Source of the DNA: the human T2T-CHM13v2.0 reference genome, Homo sapiens
Reading direction: 5' to 3' (one strand)
DNA length: 64,000 nt
Assembly (NCBI RefSeq): GCF_009914755.1
Contig: NC_060948.1
The notes beneath the pieces were generated by a model. That model made no database searches. It saw only the letters and a program-made list of their open reading frames with translations, and had not been told where the DNA came from. This document shows, piece by piece, positions 19,505 through 36,318 of this stretch. Position numbers and translations under genes: made by a program. The number at the start of each line of letters is the position of its first letter. Positions within the stretch are counted from its first letter, which is position 1.

Positions 19505-19813
<309 letters not shown>

Positions 19814-20387
19814 AGATCCATATTTTTTAAATGAAAAAAAATTTCAAAGGTACTCTGCTTGGTACAATAATCAAATGTATAAACTGAGGAATAAAACATA
19901 ACCATGAAACCTACTTATAACTGCATATGGAAAATACAGAGGATAATTTTTTAAATAACATATTTTGAAAGCCTTAACTAGTAATTTGAAGAGCTGGCAT
20001 TTGAAAGGCCAGTATGAATATACCTTCAAAGCAGCAACACAGGTTCCCCATGAGAAAAAGCAAACACAGGGAAAATAAAAACACAAAGGTTCAATCTCTT
20101 CTGACCTTTGAAAGACACAGCACAGACAGTGGTCCTTAGGACGAAGAGCAGGAGACCCCTAATTCCGTCACCATGGCGATAGGGCATAAACATTGCTGGG
20201 TGAGGGCACAATCCACATTGTGAGGTCCAACTGCTGCCAGGAAGACAGGAGTGCTTTTACATAGACCGAAAGGTCATTGAAGGCTCAGAGTTTTGTTTCA
20301 AGAACTGAATCCCAAGCCCACACGTTATTAGGCTGCGCTTCTTAAAACAAGTTATGAGATGGGAAAAAGGGCACACACAAACATACG
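19814..20387. repeat. HSATI-type segment (U9)
   Basis: Copy of 467-1040. Confidence 0.8.
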
Positions 20388-21918
20388 TATACATTATGTA
20401 TATAATAATATACAGTATCATATATATAATATATATAACCTATGTATAATATTGTTTTACATCCTGCATCTTATGTTATATATATTGTATAAAATATAAT
20501 AATTGATAATATATAAGTTTTATATTTATACAATATGACATATAGTATATATTATAATTTATGACATATATAATATATGTTATATATCATATATAGAATA
20601 TATTATACGGTTAATATACGTATTAAATATAAATTATACATTATATATATTACATATAATATATCTGTTATATATAATACCCATTATGCATAATATATAT
20701 ATTATGTCTATGTTATATATAGTATAAAACAACATATAATAATATATAATTGTATATATAAAATGTGACATAAAATATATATTATATTTTATAACATATG
20801 TAATATATATTATATATTATATATAATACGTTGTATGTATAATACCTATATTAAATATATATTATATGACTATGTTATTAATTACATGTCACATGTGTTA
20901 TATATTATATATTTTACATAGAATATACCGGTTACATACAATATATACTATGTTACCTATAATGTATAATTTATTACATGTAAAATAAAGAATGCAATAT
21001 ATTATGTATAATTTATAATATACAATATGTGGAATGTGATATATATAACATATAATATATGATATATGATATACAGTATATGATATATAACATACAATAT
21101 ATGATTCCTAATATATATGGTATACAATATATATTTTATGATATGTATTCTATATGTTTTATATTCTGTTATATATAACTATTTGAAATTATATATAACT
21201 GTATAATATTTTATGTAAATATGTAATATAATATATATAACTATATAATATATTATATATAACTATATATTATGTTATATAAACTTTTATAACATAATTT
21301 ACATAAAATATCATAATATAATATATATTATATTATTTCATATTACATAATATATATTAGATATCACCCAATATATCTAACATACATAATATTATAATAT
21401 AGATTATATTGTGTTATATTAAATATCATATATATCATGTATCATATATTCTATAATATATATTACACATTATATAATATGTATGTTGTCTATTATGTGA
21501 TATATATAACTATATATATAATTATATTTTTATACATATAACTAGATAAACATGTAATTCTACATATTTTCATTTATAATATGTAGAATTATATAATCAT
21601 ATATAATTATTTATATTCTATAAAAAATTTTATCATTATATAAATTATAATATATAAAAATTATAATATGTACTACAAATATATATATTATATATCATAT
21701 ATGATATAGTACCTTTGTTATATTTCATAATACATATAAATGTGTATTATGTTATCTATAATTATATAATTTCATATATAAGATGTATAATATGTATCAT
21801 ATATTATATATGTTATGTAATATATATAGTATATATAAGATGACACAGGATAAATATTATATACTATGACTTATAAAATATATGAGGTTATATGTTACAT
21901 ATAAGGCATAGCACATAA

Positions 21919-22233
<315 letters not shown>

Positions 22234-22807
22234 AGATCCATATTTTTTAAATGAAAAAAAATTTCAAAGGTACTCTGCTTGGTACAATAATCAAATGTAT
22301 AAACTGAGGAATAAAACGTAACCATGAAACCTACTTATAACTGCATATGGAAAATACAGAGGATAATTTTTTAAATAACATATTTTGAAAGCCTTAACTA
22401 GTAATTTGAAGAGTTGGCATTTGAAAGGCCAGTATGAATATACCTTCAAAGCAGCAACACAGGTTCCCCATGAGAAAAAGCAAACACAGGGAAAATAAAA
22501 ACAAAAAGGTTCAATCTCTTCTGACCTTTGAAAGACACAGCACAGACAGTGGTCCTTAGGACGAAGGGCAGGAGACCCCTAATTCCGTCACCATGGCGAT
22601 AGGGCATAAACATTGCTGGGTGAGGGCACAATCCACATTGTGAGGTCCAACTGCTGCCAGGAAGACAGGAGTGCTTTTACATAGACCGAAAGGTCATTGA
22701 AGGCTCAGAGTTTTGTTTCAAGAACTGAATCCCACGCCCACACGTTATTAGGCTGCGCTTCTTAAAACAAGTTATGAGATGGGAAAAATGGCACCCACAA
22801 ACATACG
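22234..22807. repeat. HSATI-type segment (U10)
   Basis: Copy of 467-1040. Confidence 0.8.
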
Positions 22808-24359
22808 TATACATTATGTATATAATAATATACAGTATCATATATATAATATATATAACCTATGTATAATATTGTTTTACATCCTGCATCTTATGTTATA
22901 TATATTGTATAAAATATAATAATTGATAATATATAAGTTTTATAATTATACAATATGACATATAGTATATATTATAATTTATGACATATATAATATATGT
23001 TATATATCAAATATAGAATATATTATACGGTTAATATACGTATTAAATATAAATTATACATTATATATATTATATATAATATATCTGTTATATATAATAC
23101 CCATTATGCATAATATATATATTATGTCTATGTTATATATAGTATAAAACAACATATAATAATATATAATTGTATATATAAAATGCGACATATAATATAT
23201 ATTATATTTTATAACATATGTAATATGTATTATATATTATATATAATACGTTGTATGTACAATACCTATATTAAATATATATTATATGACTATGTTATTA
23301 ATTACATGTCACATGTGTTATATATTATATATTTTACATAGAATATACCGGTTACATACAATATATACTATGTTACCTTTAATGTATAATTTATTACATG
23401 TAAAATAAATAATGCAATATATTACGTATAATTTATAATATACAATATGTGGAATGTGATATATATAACATAATATATGATATATGATATACAGTATATG
23501 ATATATAACATACAATATATGATTCCTAATATATATGGTATACAATATATATTTTATGATATGTATTCTATATGTTTTATATTCTGTTATATATAACTAT
23601 TTGAAATTATATATAACTGTATAATATTTTATGTAAATATGTAATATAATATATATAACTATATAATATATTATATATAACTATATATTATGTTATATAT
23701 ACTTTTATAACATAATTTACATAAAATATCATAACATAATATATATTATATTATTTCATATTACATAATATATATTACATATCACCCAATATAACTAACA
23801 TACATAATATTATAATATAGATTATATTATGTTATATTAAATATCATATATATCATGTATCATATATTCTATAATATATATTACACATTATATAATATGT
23901 ATGTTGTCTATTATGTGATATATATAACTATATATATAATTATATTTTTATACATATAACTAGATAAACATGTAATTCTACATATTTTCATTTATAATAT
24001 ATAGAATTATATAATCATATATAATTATTTATATTCTATAAAAAATTTTATCATTATATAAATTATAATATATAAAAATTATAATATGTACTACAAATAT
24101 ATATATTATATATCATATATGATATAGTACCTTTGTTATATATCATAATACATATAAATGTGTATTATGTTATCTATAATTATATAATTTCATATATAAG
24201 ATGTATAATATGTATCATATATTATAGATGTTATGTAATATATATAGTATATATAAGATGACACAGGATAAATATTATATACTATGACATATAAAATATA
24301 TGAGGTTATATGTTACATATAAGGCATAGCACATAACATGTAATATATATCATATATAA

Positions 24360-24651
<292 letters not shown>

Positions 24652-25225
24652 AGATCCATATTTTTTAAATGAAAAAAAATTTCAAAGGTACTCTGCTTGG
24701 TACAATAATCAAATGTATAAACTGAGGAATAAAACATAACCATGAAACCTACTTATAACTGCATATGGAAAATACAGAGGATAATTTTTTAAATAACATA
24801 TTTTGAAAGCCTTAACTAGTAATTTGAAGAGTTGGCATTTGAAAGGCCAGTATGAATATACCTTCAAAGCAGCAACACAGGTTCCCCATGAGAAAAAGCA
24901 AACACAGGGAAAATAAAAACACAAAGGTTCAATCTCTTCTGACCTTTGAAAGACACAGCACAGACAGTGGTCCTTAGGACGAAGAGCAGGAGACCCCTAA
25001 TTCCGTCACCATGGCGATAGGGCATAAACATTGCTGGGTGAGGGCACAATCCACATTGTGAGGTCCAACTGCTGCCAGGAAGACAGGAGTGCTTTTACAT
25101 AGACCGAAAGGTCATTGAAGGCTCAGAGTTTTGTTTCAAGAACTGAATCCCAAGCCCACACGTTATTAGGCTGCGCTTCTTAAAACAAGTTATGAGATGG
25201 GAAAAAGGGCACCCACAAACATACG
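24652..25225. repeat. HSATI-type segment (U11)
   Basis: Copy of 467-1040. Confidence 0.8.
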
Positions 25226-26758
25226 TATACATTATGTATATAATAATATACAGTATCATATATATAATATATATAACCTATGTATAATATTGTTTTACAT
25301 CCTGCATCTTATGTTATATATATTGTATAAAATATAATAATTGATAATATATAAGTTTTATATTTATACAATATGACATATAGTATATATTATAATTTAT
25401 GACATATATAATATATGTTATATATCATATATAGAATATATTATACGGTTAACATACGTATTAAATATAAATTATGCATTATATATATTATATATAATAT
25501 ATCTGTTATATATAATACCCATTATGCATAATATATATATTATGTCTATGTTATATATAGTATAAAACAACATATAATAATATATAATTGTATATATAAA
25601 ATGCGACATATAATATATATTATATTTTATAACATATGTAATATATATTATATATTATATATAATACGTTGTATGTATAATACCTATATTAAATATATAT
25701 TATATGACTATGTTATTAATTACATGTCACATGTGTTATATATTATATATTTTACATAGAATATACCGGTTACATACAATATATACTATGTTACCTATAA
25801 TGTATAATTTATTACATGTAAAATAAAGAATGCAATATATTATGTATAATTTATAATATACAATATGTGGAATGTGATATATATAACATATAATATATGA
25901 TATATGATATACAGTATATGATATATAACATACAATATATGATTCCTAATATATATGGTATACAATATATATTTTATGATATATATTCTATATGTTTTAT
26001 ATTCTGTTATATTTAACTATTTGAAATTATATATAACTGTATAATATTTTATGTAAATATGTAATATAATATATATAACTATATAATATATTATATATAA
26101 CTATATATTATGTTATATATACTTTTATAACATAATTTACATAAAATATCATAATATAATATATATTATATTATTTCATATTACATAATATATATTACAT
26201 ATCACCCAATATAACTAACATACATAATATTATAATATAGATTATATTGTGTTATATTAAATATCATATCTATCATGTATCATATATTCTATAATATATA
26301 TTACACATTATATAATATGTATGTTGTCTATTATGTGATATATATAACTATATATATAATTATATTTTTATACATATAACTAGATAAACATGTAATTCTA
26401 CATATTTTCATTTATAATATGTAGAATTATATAATCATATATAATTATTTATATTCTATAAAAAATTTTATCATTATATAAATTATAATATATAAAAATT
26501 ATAATATGTACTACAAATATATATATATTATATATCATATATGATATAGTACCTTTGTTATATATCATAATACATATAAATGTGTATTATGTTATCTATA
26601 ATTATATAATTTCATATATAAGATGTATAATATGTATCATATATTATATATGTTATGTAATATATATAGTATATATAAGATGACACAGGATAAATATTAT
26701 ATACTATGACATATAAAATATATGAGGTTATATGTTACATATAAGGCATAGCACATAA

Positions 26759-27073
<315 letters not shown>

Positions 27074-27647
27074 AGATCCATATTTTTTAAATGAAAAAAA
27101 ATTTCAAAGGCACTCTGCTTGGTACAATAATCAAATGTATAAACTGAGGAATAAAACATAACCATGAAACCTACTTATAACTGCATATGGAAAATACAGA
27201 GGATAATTTTTTAAATAACATATTTTGAAAGCCTTAACTAGTAATTTGAAGAGTTGGCATTTGAAAGGCCAGTATGAATATACCTTCAAAGCAGCAACAC
27301 AGGTTCCCCATGAGAAAAAGCAAACACAGGGAAAATAAAAACACAAAGGTTCAATCTCTTCTGACCTTTGAAAGACACAGCACAGACAGTGGTCCTTAGG
27401 ACGAAGAGCAGGAGACCCCTAATTCCGTCACCATGGCGATAGGGCATAAACATTGCTGGGTGAGGGCACAATCCACATTGTGAGGTCCAACTGCTGCCAG
27501 GAAGACAGGAGTGCTTTTACATAGACCGAAAGGTCATTGAAGGCTCAGAGTTTTGTTTCAAGAACTGAATCCCAAGCCCACACGTTATTAGGCTGCGCTT
27601 CTTAAAACAAGTTATGAGATGGGAAAAAGGGCACCCACAAACATACG
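27074..27647. repeat. HSATI-type segment (U12)
   Basis: Copy of 467-1040. Confidence 0.8.
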
Positions 27648-28198
27648 TATACATTATGTATATAATAATATACAGTATCATATATATACTATATATAACC
27701 TATGTATAATATTGTTTTACATCCTGCATCTTATGTTATATATATTGTATAAAATATAATAATTGATAATATATAAGTTTTATAATTATACAATATGACA
27801 TATAGTATATATTATAATTTATGACATATATAATATATGTTATATATCATATATACAATATATTATACGGTTAATATACGTATTAAATATAAATTATACA
27901 TTATATATATTATATATAATATATCTGTTATATATAATACCCATTATGCATAATATATATATTATGTCTATGTTATATATAGTATAAAACAACATATAAT
28001 AATATATAATTGTATATATAAAATGCGACATATAATATATATTATATTTTATAACATATGTAATATATATTATATATTATATATAATACGTTGTATGTAT
28101 AATACCTATATTAAATATATATTATATGACTATGTTATTAATTACATGTCACATGTGTTATATATTATATATTTTACATAGAATATGCCGGTTACATA
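27648..28198. repeat. Truncated AT-rich module (short 1,411-bp DYZ2 unit)
   Basis: The AT module stops after ...ccggttacata at 28198; anchor spacing 28697-27286 = 1411 bp. Confidence 0.93.
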
Positions 28199-28209
28199 TT
28201 CTATGTAAA
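28173..28209. other. Deletion junction with perfect 15-bp inverted repeat (7-nt loop)
   Basis: tttacatagaatatg (28173-28187) / ccggtta / catattctatgtaaa (28195-28209). Confidence 0.93.
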
Positions 28210-28484
28210 TCTTGTCCTGTTGCACAGGGTGGGGTACAATGGCGCCATCTTTGCTCACTGCAACTTCTGCCTCACGGGTCCAAGCGATTGTCCTCCCTCA
28301 GCCTCCCAGGTAGCTGGGACTACACCACACTGGGACTACACCAGCTGCCACCATGCCTAGCTAATTTTTTGGATTTTTAGTAGTGACAGCGTTTCACTGT
28401 ATTGGCCAGGATGGTCTTGATCTCTTCACCTTGTGATCCCCTTGCCTTGGCCTCCAAATTTGCTGGGATTACAGGCCTGAGCCA
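28208..28484 (-). mobile_element. Decayed Alu lacking poly(A) tail and 3'-terminal bases (U13)
   Basis: Begins aatcttgtcctg; the T9-agacag seen in all other copies is missing. Confidence 0.93.
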
Positions 28485-29058
28485 AGATCCATATTTTTTA
28501 AATGAAAAAAAATTTCAAAGGTACTCTGCTTGGTACAATAATCAAATGTACAAACTGAGGAATAAAACATAACCATGAAACCTACTTATAACTGCATATG
28601 GAAAATACAGAGGATAATTTTTTAAATAACATATTTTGAAAGCCTTAACTAGTAATTTGAAGAGGTGGCATTTGAAAGGCCAGTATGAATATACCTTCAA
28701 AGCAGCAACACAGGTTCCCCATGAGAAAAAGCAAACACAGGGAAAATAAAAACACAAAGGTTCAATCTCTTCTGACCTTTGAAAGACACAGCACAGACAG
28801 TGGTCCTTAGGACGAAGAGCAGGAGACCCCTAATTCCGTCACCATGGCGATAGGGCATAAACATTGCTGGGTGAGGGCACAATCCACATTGTGAGGTCCT
28901 AGTGCTGCCAGGAAGACAGGAGTGCTTTTACATAGACCGAAAGGTCATTGAAGGCTCAGAGTTTTGTTTCAAGAACTGAATCCCAAGCCCACACGTTATT
29001 AGGCTGCGCTTCTTAAAACAAGTTATGAGATGGGAAAAAGGGCACCCACAAACATACG
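28485..29058. repeat. HSATI-type segment (U13)
   Basis: Copy of 467-1040. Confidence 0.8.
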
Positions 29059-30593
29059 TATACATTATGTATATAATAATATACAGTATCATATATATAA
29101 TATATATAACCTATGTATAATATTGTTTTACATCCTGCATCTTATGTTATATATATTGTATAAAATATAATAATTGATAATATATAAGTTTTATAATTAT
29201 ACAATATGACATATAGTATATATTATAATTTATGACATATATAATATATGTTATATATCATATATAGAGTATATTATACGGTTAATATACGTATTAAATA
29301 TAAATTATACATTATATATATTGTATATAATATATCTGTTATATATAACACCCATTATGCATAATATATATATTATGTCTATGTTATATATAGTATAAAA
29401 CAACATATAATAATATATAATTGTATATATAAAATGCGACATATAATATATATTATATTTTATAACATATGTAATATATGTTATATATTATATATAATAC
29501 GTTGAATGTATAATACCTATATTAAATATATATTATATGACTATGTTATTAATTACATGTCACATGTGTTATATATTATATATTTTACATAGAATATACC
29601 GGTTACATACAATATATACTATGTTACCTATAATGTATAATTTATTACATGTAAAATAAAGAATGCAATATATTATGTATAATTTATAATATACAATATG
29701 TGGAATGTGATATATATAACATATAATATATGATATATGATATACAGTATATGATATATAACATACAATATATGATTCCTAATATATATGGTATACAATA
29801 TATATTTTATGATATATATTCTATATGTTTTATATTCTGTTATATATAACTATTTGAAATTATATATAACTGTATAATATTTTATGTAAATATGTAATAT
29901 AATATATATAACTATATAATATATTATATATAACTATATATTATGTTATATAAACTTTTATAACATAATTTACATAAAATATCATAATATAATATATATT
30001 ATATTATTTCATATTACATAATATATATTACATATCACCCAATATAACTAACATACATAATATTATAATATAGATTATATTATGTTATATTAAATATCAT
30101 ATATATCATGTATCATATATTCTATAATATATATTACACATTATATAATATGTATGTTGTCTATTATGTGATATATATAACTATATATATAATTATATTT
30201 TTATACATATAACAACATAAACATGTAATTCTACATATTTTCATTTATAATATGTAGAATTATATAATCATATATAATTATTTATATTCTATAAAAAATT
30301 TTATCATTATATAAATTATAATATATAAAAATTATAATATGTACTACAAATATATATATTATATATCATATATGATATACCTTTGTTATATATCATAATA
30401 CATATAAATGTGTATTATGTTATCTATAATTATATAATTTCATATATAACTTGAATAATATGTATCATATATTATATATGTTATGTAATATATATAGTAT
30501 ATATAAGATGACACAGGATAAATATTATATACTATGACATATAAAATATATGAGGTTATAGGTTACATATAAGGCATAGCACATAACATGTAA

Positions 30594-30902
<309 letters not shown>

Positions 30903-31476
30903 AGATCCATATTTTTTAAATGAAAAAAAATTTCAAAGGTACTCTGCTTGGTACAATAATCAAATGTATAAACTGAGGAATAAAACATAACCATGAAACC
31001 TACTTATAACTGCATATGGAAAATACAGAGGATAATTTTTTAAATAACATATTTTGAAAGCCTTAACTAGTAATTTGAAGAGTTGGCATTTGAAAGGCCA
31101 GTATGAATATACCTTCAAAGCAGCAACACAGGTTCCCCATGAGAAAAAGCAAACACAGGGAAAATAAAAACACAAAGGTTCAATCTCTTCTGACCTTTGA
31201 AAGACACAGCACAGACAGTGGTCCTTAGGACGAAGCGCGGGAGACCCCTAATTCCGTCACCATGGCGATAGGGCATAAACATTGCTGGGTGAGGGCACAA
31301 TCCACATTGTGAGGTCCAACTGCTGCTAGGAAGACAGGAGTGCTTTTACATAGACCGAAAGGTCATTGAAGGCTCAGAGTTTTGTTTCAAGAACTGAATC
31401 CCAAGCCCACACGTTATTAGGCTGCGCTTCTTAAAACAAGTGATGAGATGGGAAAAAGGGCACCCACAAACATACG
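30903..31476. repeat. HSATI-type segment (U14)
   Basis: Copy of 467-1040. Confidence 0.8.
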
Positions 31477-33009
31477 TATACATTATGTATATAATAATAT
31501 ACAGTATCATATATATAATATATATAACCTATGTATAATATTGTTTTACATCCTGCATCTTATGTTATATATATTGTATAAAATATAATAATTGATAATA
31601 TATAAGTTTTATATTTATATTATATGACATATAGTATATATTATAATTTATGACATATATAATATATGTTATATATCATATATAGAATATATTATACGGT
31701 TAATATACGTATTAAATATAAATTATACATTATATATATTATATATAATATATCTGTTATATATAATACCCATTATGCATAATATATATATTATGTCTAT
31801 GTTATATATAGTATAAAACAACATATAATAATATATAATTGTATATATAAAATGCGACATATAATATATATTATATTTTATAACATATGTAATATATATT
31901 ATATATTATATATAATACGTTGTACGTATAATACCTATATTAAATATATATTATATGACTATGTTATTAATTACATGTCACATGTGTTATATACTATATA
32001 TTTTACATAGAATATACCGGTTACATACAATATATACTATGTTACCTATAATGTATAATTTATTACATGTAAAATAAAGAATGCAATATATTAAGTATAA
32101 TTTATAATATACAATATGTGGAATGTGATATATATATATCATATAATATATGATATATGATATACAGTATATGATATATAACATACAATATATGATTCCT
32201 AATATATATGGTATACAATATATATTTTATGATATGTATTCTATATGTTTTATATTCTGTTATATATAACTATTTGAAATTATATATAACTGTATAATAT
32301 TTTATGTAAATATGTAATATAATATATATAACTATATAATATATTATATATAACTATATATTATGTTATATATACTTTTATAACATAATTTACATAAAAT
32401 ATCATAATATAATATATATTATATTATTTCATAGTACATAATATATATTACATATCACCCAATATAACTAACATACATAATATTATAATATAGATTATAT
32501 TGTGTTATATTAAATATCATATATATCATGTATCATATATTCTATAATATATATTACACATTATATAATATGTATGTTGTCTATTATGTGATATATATAA
32601 CTATATATATAATTATATTTTTATACATATAACTGGATAAACATGTAATTCTACATATTTTCATTTATAATATGTAGAATTATATAATCGTATATAATTA
32701 TTTATATTATATAAAAAATTTTATCATTATATAAAATATAATATATAAAAATTATAATATGTACTACAAATATATATATTATATATCATATATGATATAG
32801 TACCTTTGTTATATATCATAATACATATAAATGTGTATTATGTTATCTATAATTATATAATTTCATATATAAGATGTATAATATGTATCATATATTATAT
32901 ATGTTATGTAATATATATAGTATATATAAGATGACACAGGATAAATATTATATACTATGACATATAAAATATATGAGGTTATATGTTACATATAAGGCAT
33001 AGCACATAA

Positions 33010-33324
<315 letters not shown>

Positions 33325-33898
33325 AGATCCATATTTTTTAAATGAAAAAAAATTTCAAAGGTACTCTGCTTGGTACAATAATCAAATGTATAAACTGAGG
33401 AATAAAACATAACCATGAAACCTACTTATAACTGCATATGGAAAATACAGAGGATAATTTTTTAAATAACATATTTTGAAAGCCTTAACTAGTAATTTGA
33501 AGAGCTGGCATTTGAAAGGCCAGTATGAATATACCTTCAAAGCAGCAACACAGGTTCCCCATGAGAAAAAGCAAACACAGGGAAAATAAAAACACAAAGG
33601 TTCAATCTCTTCTGACCTTTGAAAGACACAGCACAGACAGTGGTCCTTAGGACGAAGAGCAGGAGACCCCTAATTCCGTCACCATGGCGATAGGGCATAA
33701 ACATTGCTGGGTGAGGGCACAATCCACATTGTGAGGTCCAACTGCTGCCAGGAAGACAGGAGTGCTTTTACATAGACCGAAAGGTCATTGAAGGCTCAGA
33801 GTTTTGTTTCAAGAACTGAATCCCAAGCCCACACGTTATTAGGCTGCGCTTCTTAAAACAAGTTATGAGATGGGAAAAAGGGCACCCACAAACATACG
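33325..33898. repeat. HSATI-type segment (U15)
   Basis: Copy of 467-1040. Confidence 0.8.
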
Positions 33899-35429
33899 TA
33901 TACATTATGTATATAATAATATACAGTATCATATATATAATATATATAACCTATGTATAATATTGTTTTACATCCTGCATCTTATGTTATATATATTGTA
34001 TAAAATATAATAATTGATAATATATAAGTTTTATATTTATACAATATGACATATAGTATATATTATAATTTATGACATATATAATATATGTTATATGTCA
34101 TATATAGAATATATTATACGGTTAATATACGTATTAAATATAAATTATACATTATATATATTATATATAATATATCTGTTATATATAATACCCATTATGC
34201 ATAATATATATATTATGTCTATGTTATATATAGTATAAAACAACATATAATAATATATAATTGTATATATAAAATGCGACATAGAATATATATTATATTT
34301 TATAACATATGTAATATATATTATATATTATATATAATACGTTGTATGTATAATACCTATATTAAATATATATTATATGACTGTGTTATTAATTACATGT
34401 CACATGTGTTATATATTATATATTTTACATAGAATATACCGGTTACATACAATATATACTATGTTACCTATAATGTATAATTTATTACATGTAAAATAAA
34501 GAATGCAATATATTATGTATAATTTATAATATACCATATGTGGAATGTGATATATATAACATATAATATATGATATATGATATACAGTATATGATATATA
34601 ACATACAATATATGATTCCTAATATATATGGTATACAATATATATTTTATGATATGTATTCTATATGTTTTATATTCTGTTATATATAACTATTTGAAAA
34701 TATATATAACTGTATAATATTTTATGTAAATATGTAATATAATATATATAACTATATAATATATTATATATAACTATATATTATGTTATATATACTTTTA
34801 TAACATAATTTACATAAAATATCATAATATAATATATATTATATTATTTCATATTACATAATATATATTACATATCACCCAATATAACTAACATACATAA
34901 TATTATAATATAGATTATATTGTGTTATATTAAATATCATATATATCATGTATCATATATTCTATAATATATATTACACATTATATAATATGTATGTTGT
35001 CTATTATGTGATATATATAACTATATATATAATTATATTTTTATACATATAACTAGATAAACATGTAATTCTACCTATTTTCATTTATAATATGTAGAAT
35101 TATATAATCATATAGAATTATTTATATTCTATAAAAAATTTTATCATTATATAAATTATAATATATAAAAATTATAATATGTACTACAAATATATATATT
35201 ATATATCATATATGATATAGTACCTTTGTTATATATCATAATACATATAAATGTGTATTATGTTATCTATAATTATATAATTTCATATATAAGATGTATA
35301 ATATGTATCATATATTATATATGTTATGTAATATATATAGTATATATAAGATGACACAGGATAAATATTATACACTATGACATATAAAATATATCAGGTT
35401 ATATGTTACATATAAGGCATAGCACATAA

Positions 35430-35744
<315 letters not shown>

Positions 35745-36318
35745 AGATCCATATTTTTTAAATGAAAAAAAATTTCAAAGGTACTCTGCTTGGTACAATA
35801 ATCAAATGTATAAACTGAGGAATAAAACATAACCATGAAACCTACTTATAACTGCATATGGAAAATACAGAGGATAATTTTTTAAATAACATATTTTGAA
35901 AGCCTTAACTAGTAATTTGAAGAGTTGGCATTTGAAAGGCCAGTATGAATATACCTTCAAAGCAGCAACACAGGTTCCCCATGAGAAAAAGCAAACACAG
36001 GGAAAATAAAAACACAAAGGTTCAATCTCTTCTGACCTTTGAAAGACACAGCACAGACAGTGGTCTTTAGGACGAAGAGCAGGAGACCCCTAATTCCGTC
36101 ACCATGGCGATAGGGCATAAACATTGCTGGGTGAGGGCACAATCCACATTGTGAGGTCCAACTGCTGCCAGGAAGACAGGAGTGCTTTTACATAGACCGA
36201 AAGGTCATTGAAGGCTCAGAGTTTTGTTTCAAGAACTGAATCCCAAGCCCACACGTTATTAGGCTGCGCTTCTTAAAACAAGTTATGAGATGGGAAAAAG
36301 GGCACCCACAAACATACG
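35745..36318. repeat. HSATI-type segment (U16)
   Basis: Copy of 467-1040. Confidence 0.8.

Noticed and set aside
19871-20086. 71-aa ORF (MCFYFPC...) in most B units
   Set aside because: It has a TTG start and exists only because the B-haplotype SNV removes a stop. It is a useful haplotype marker, not a gene.
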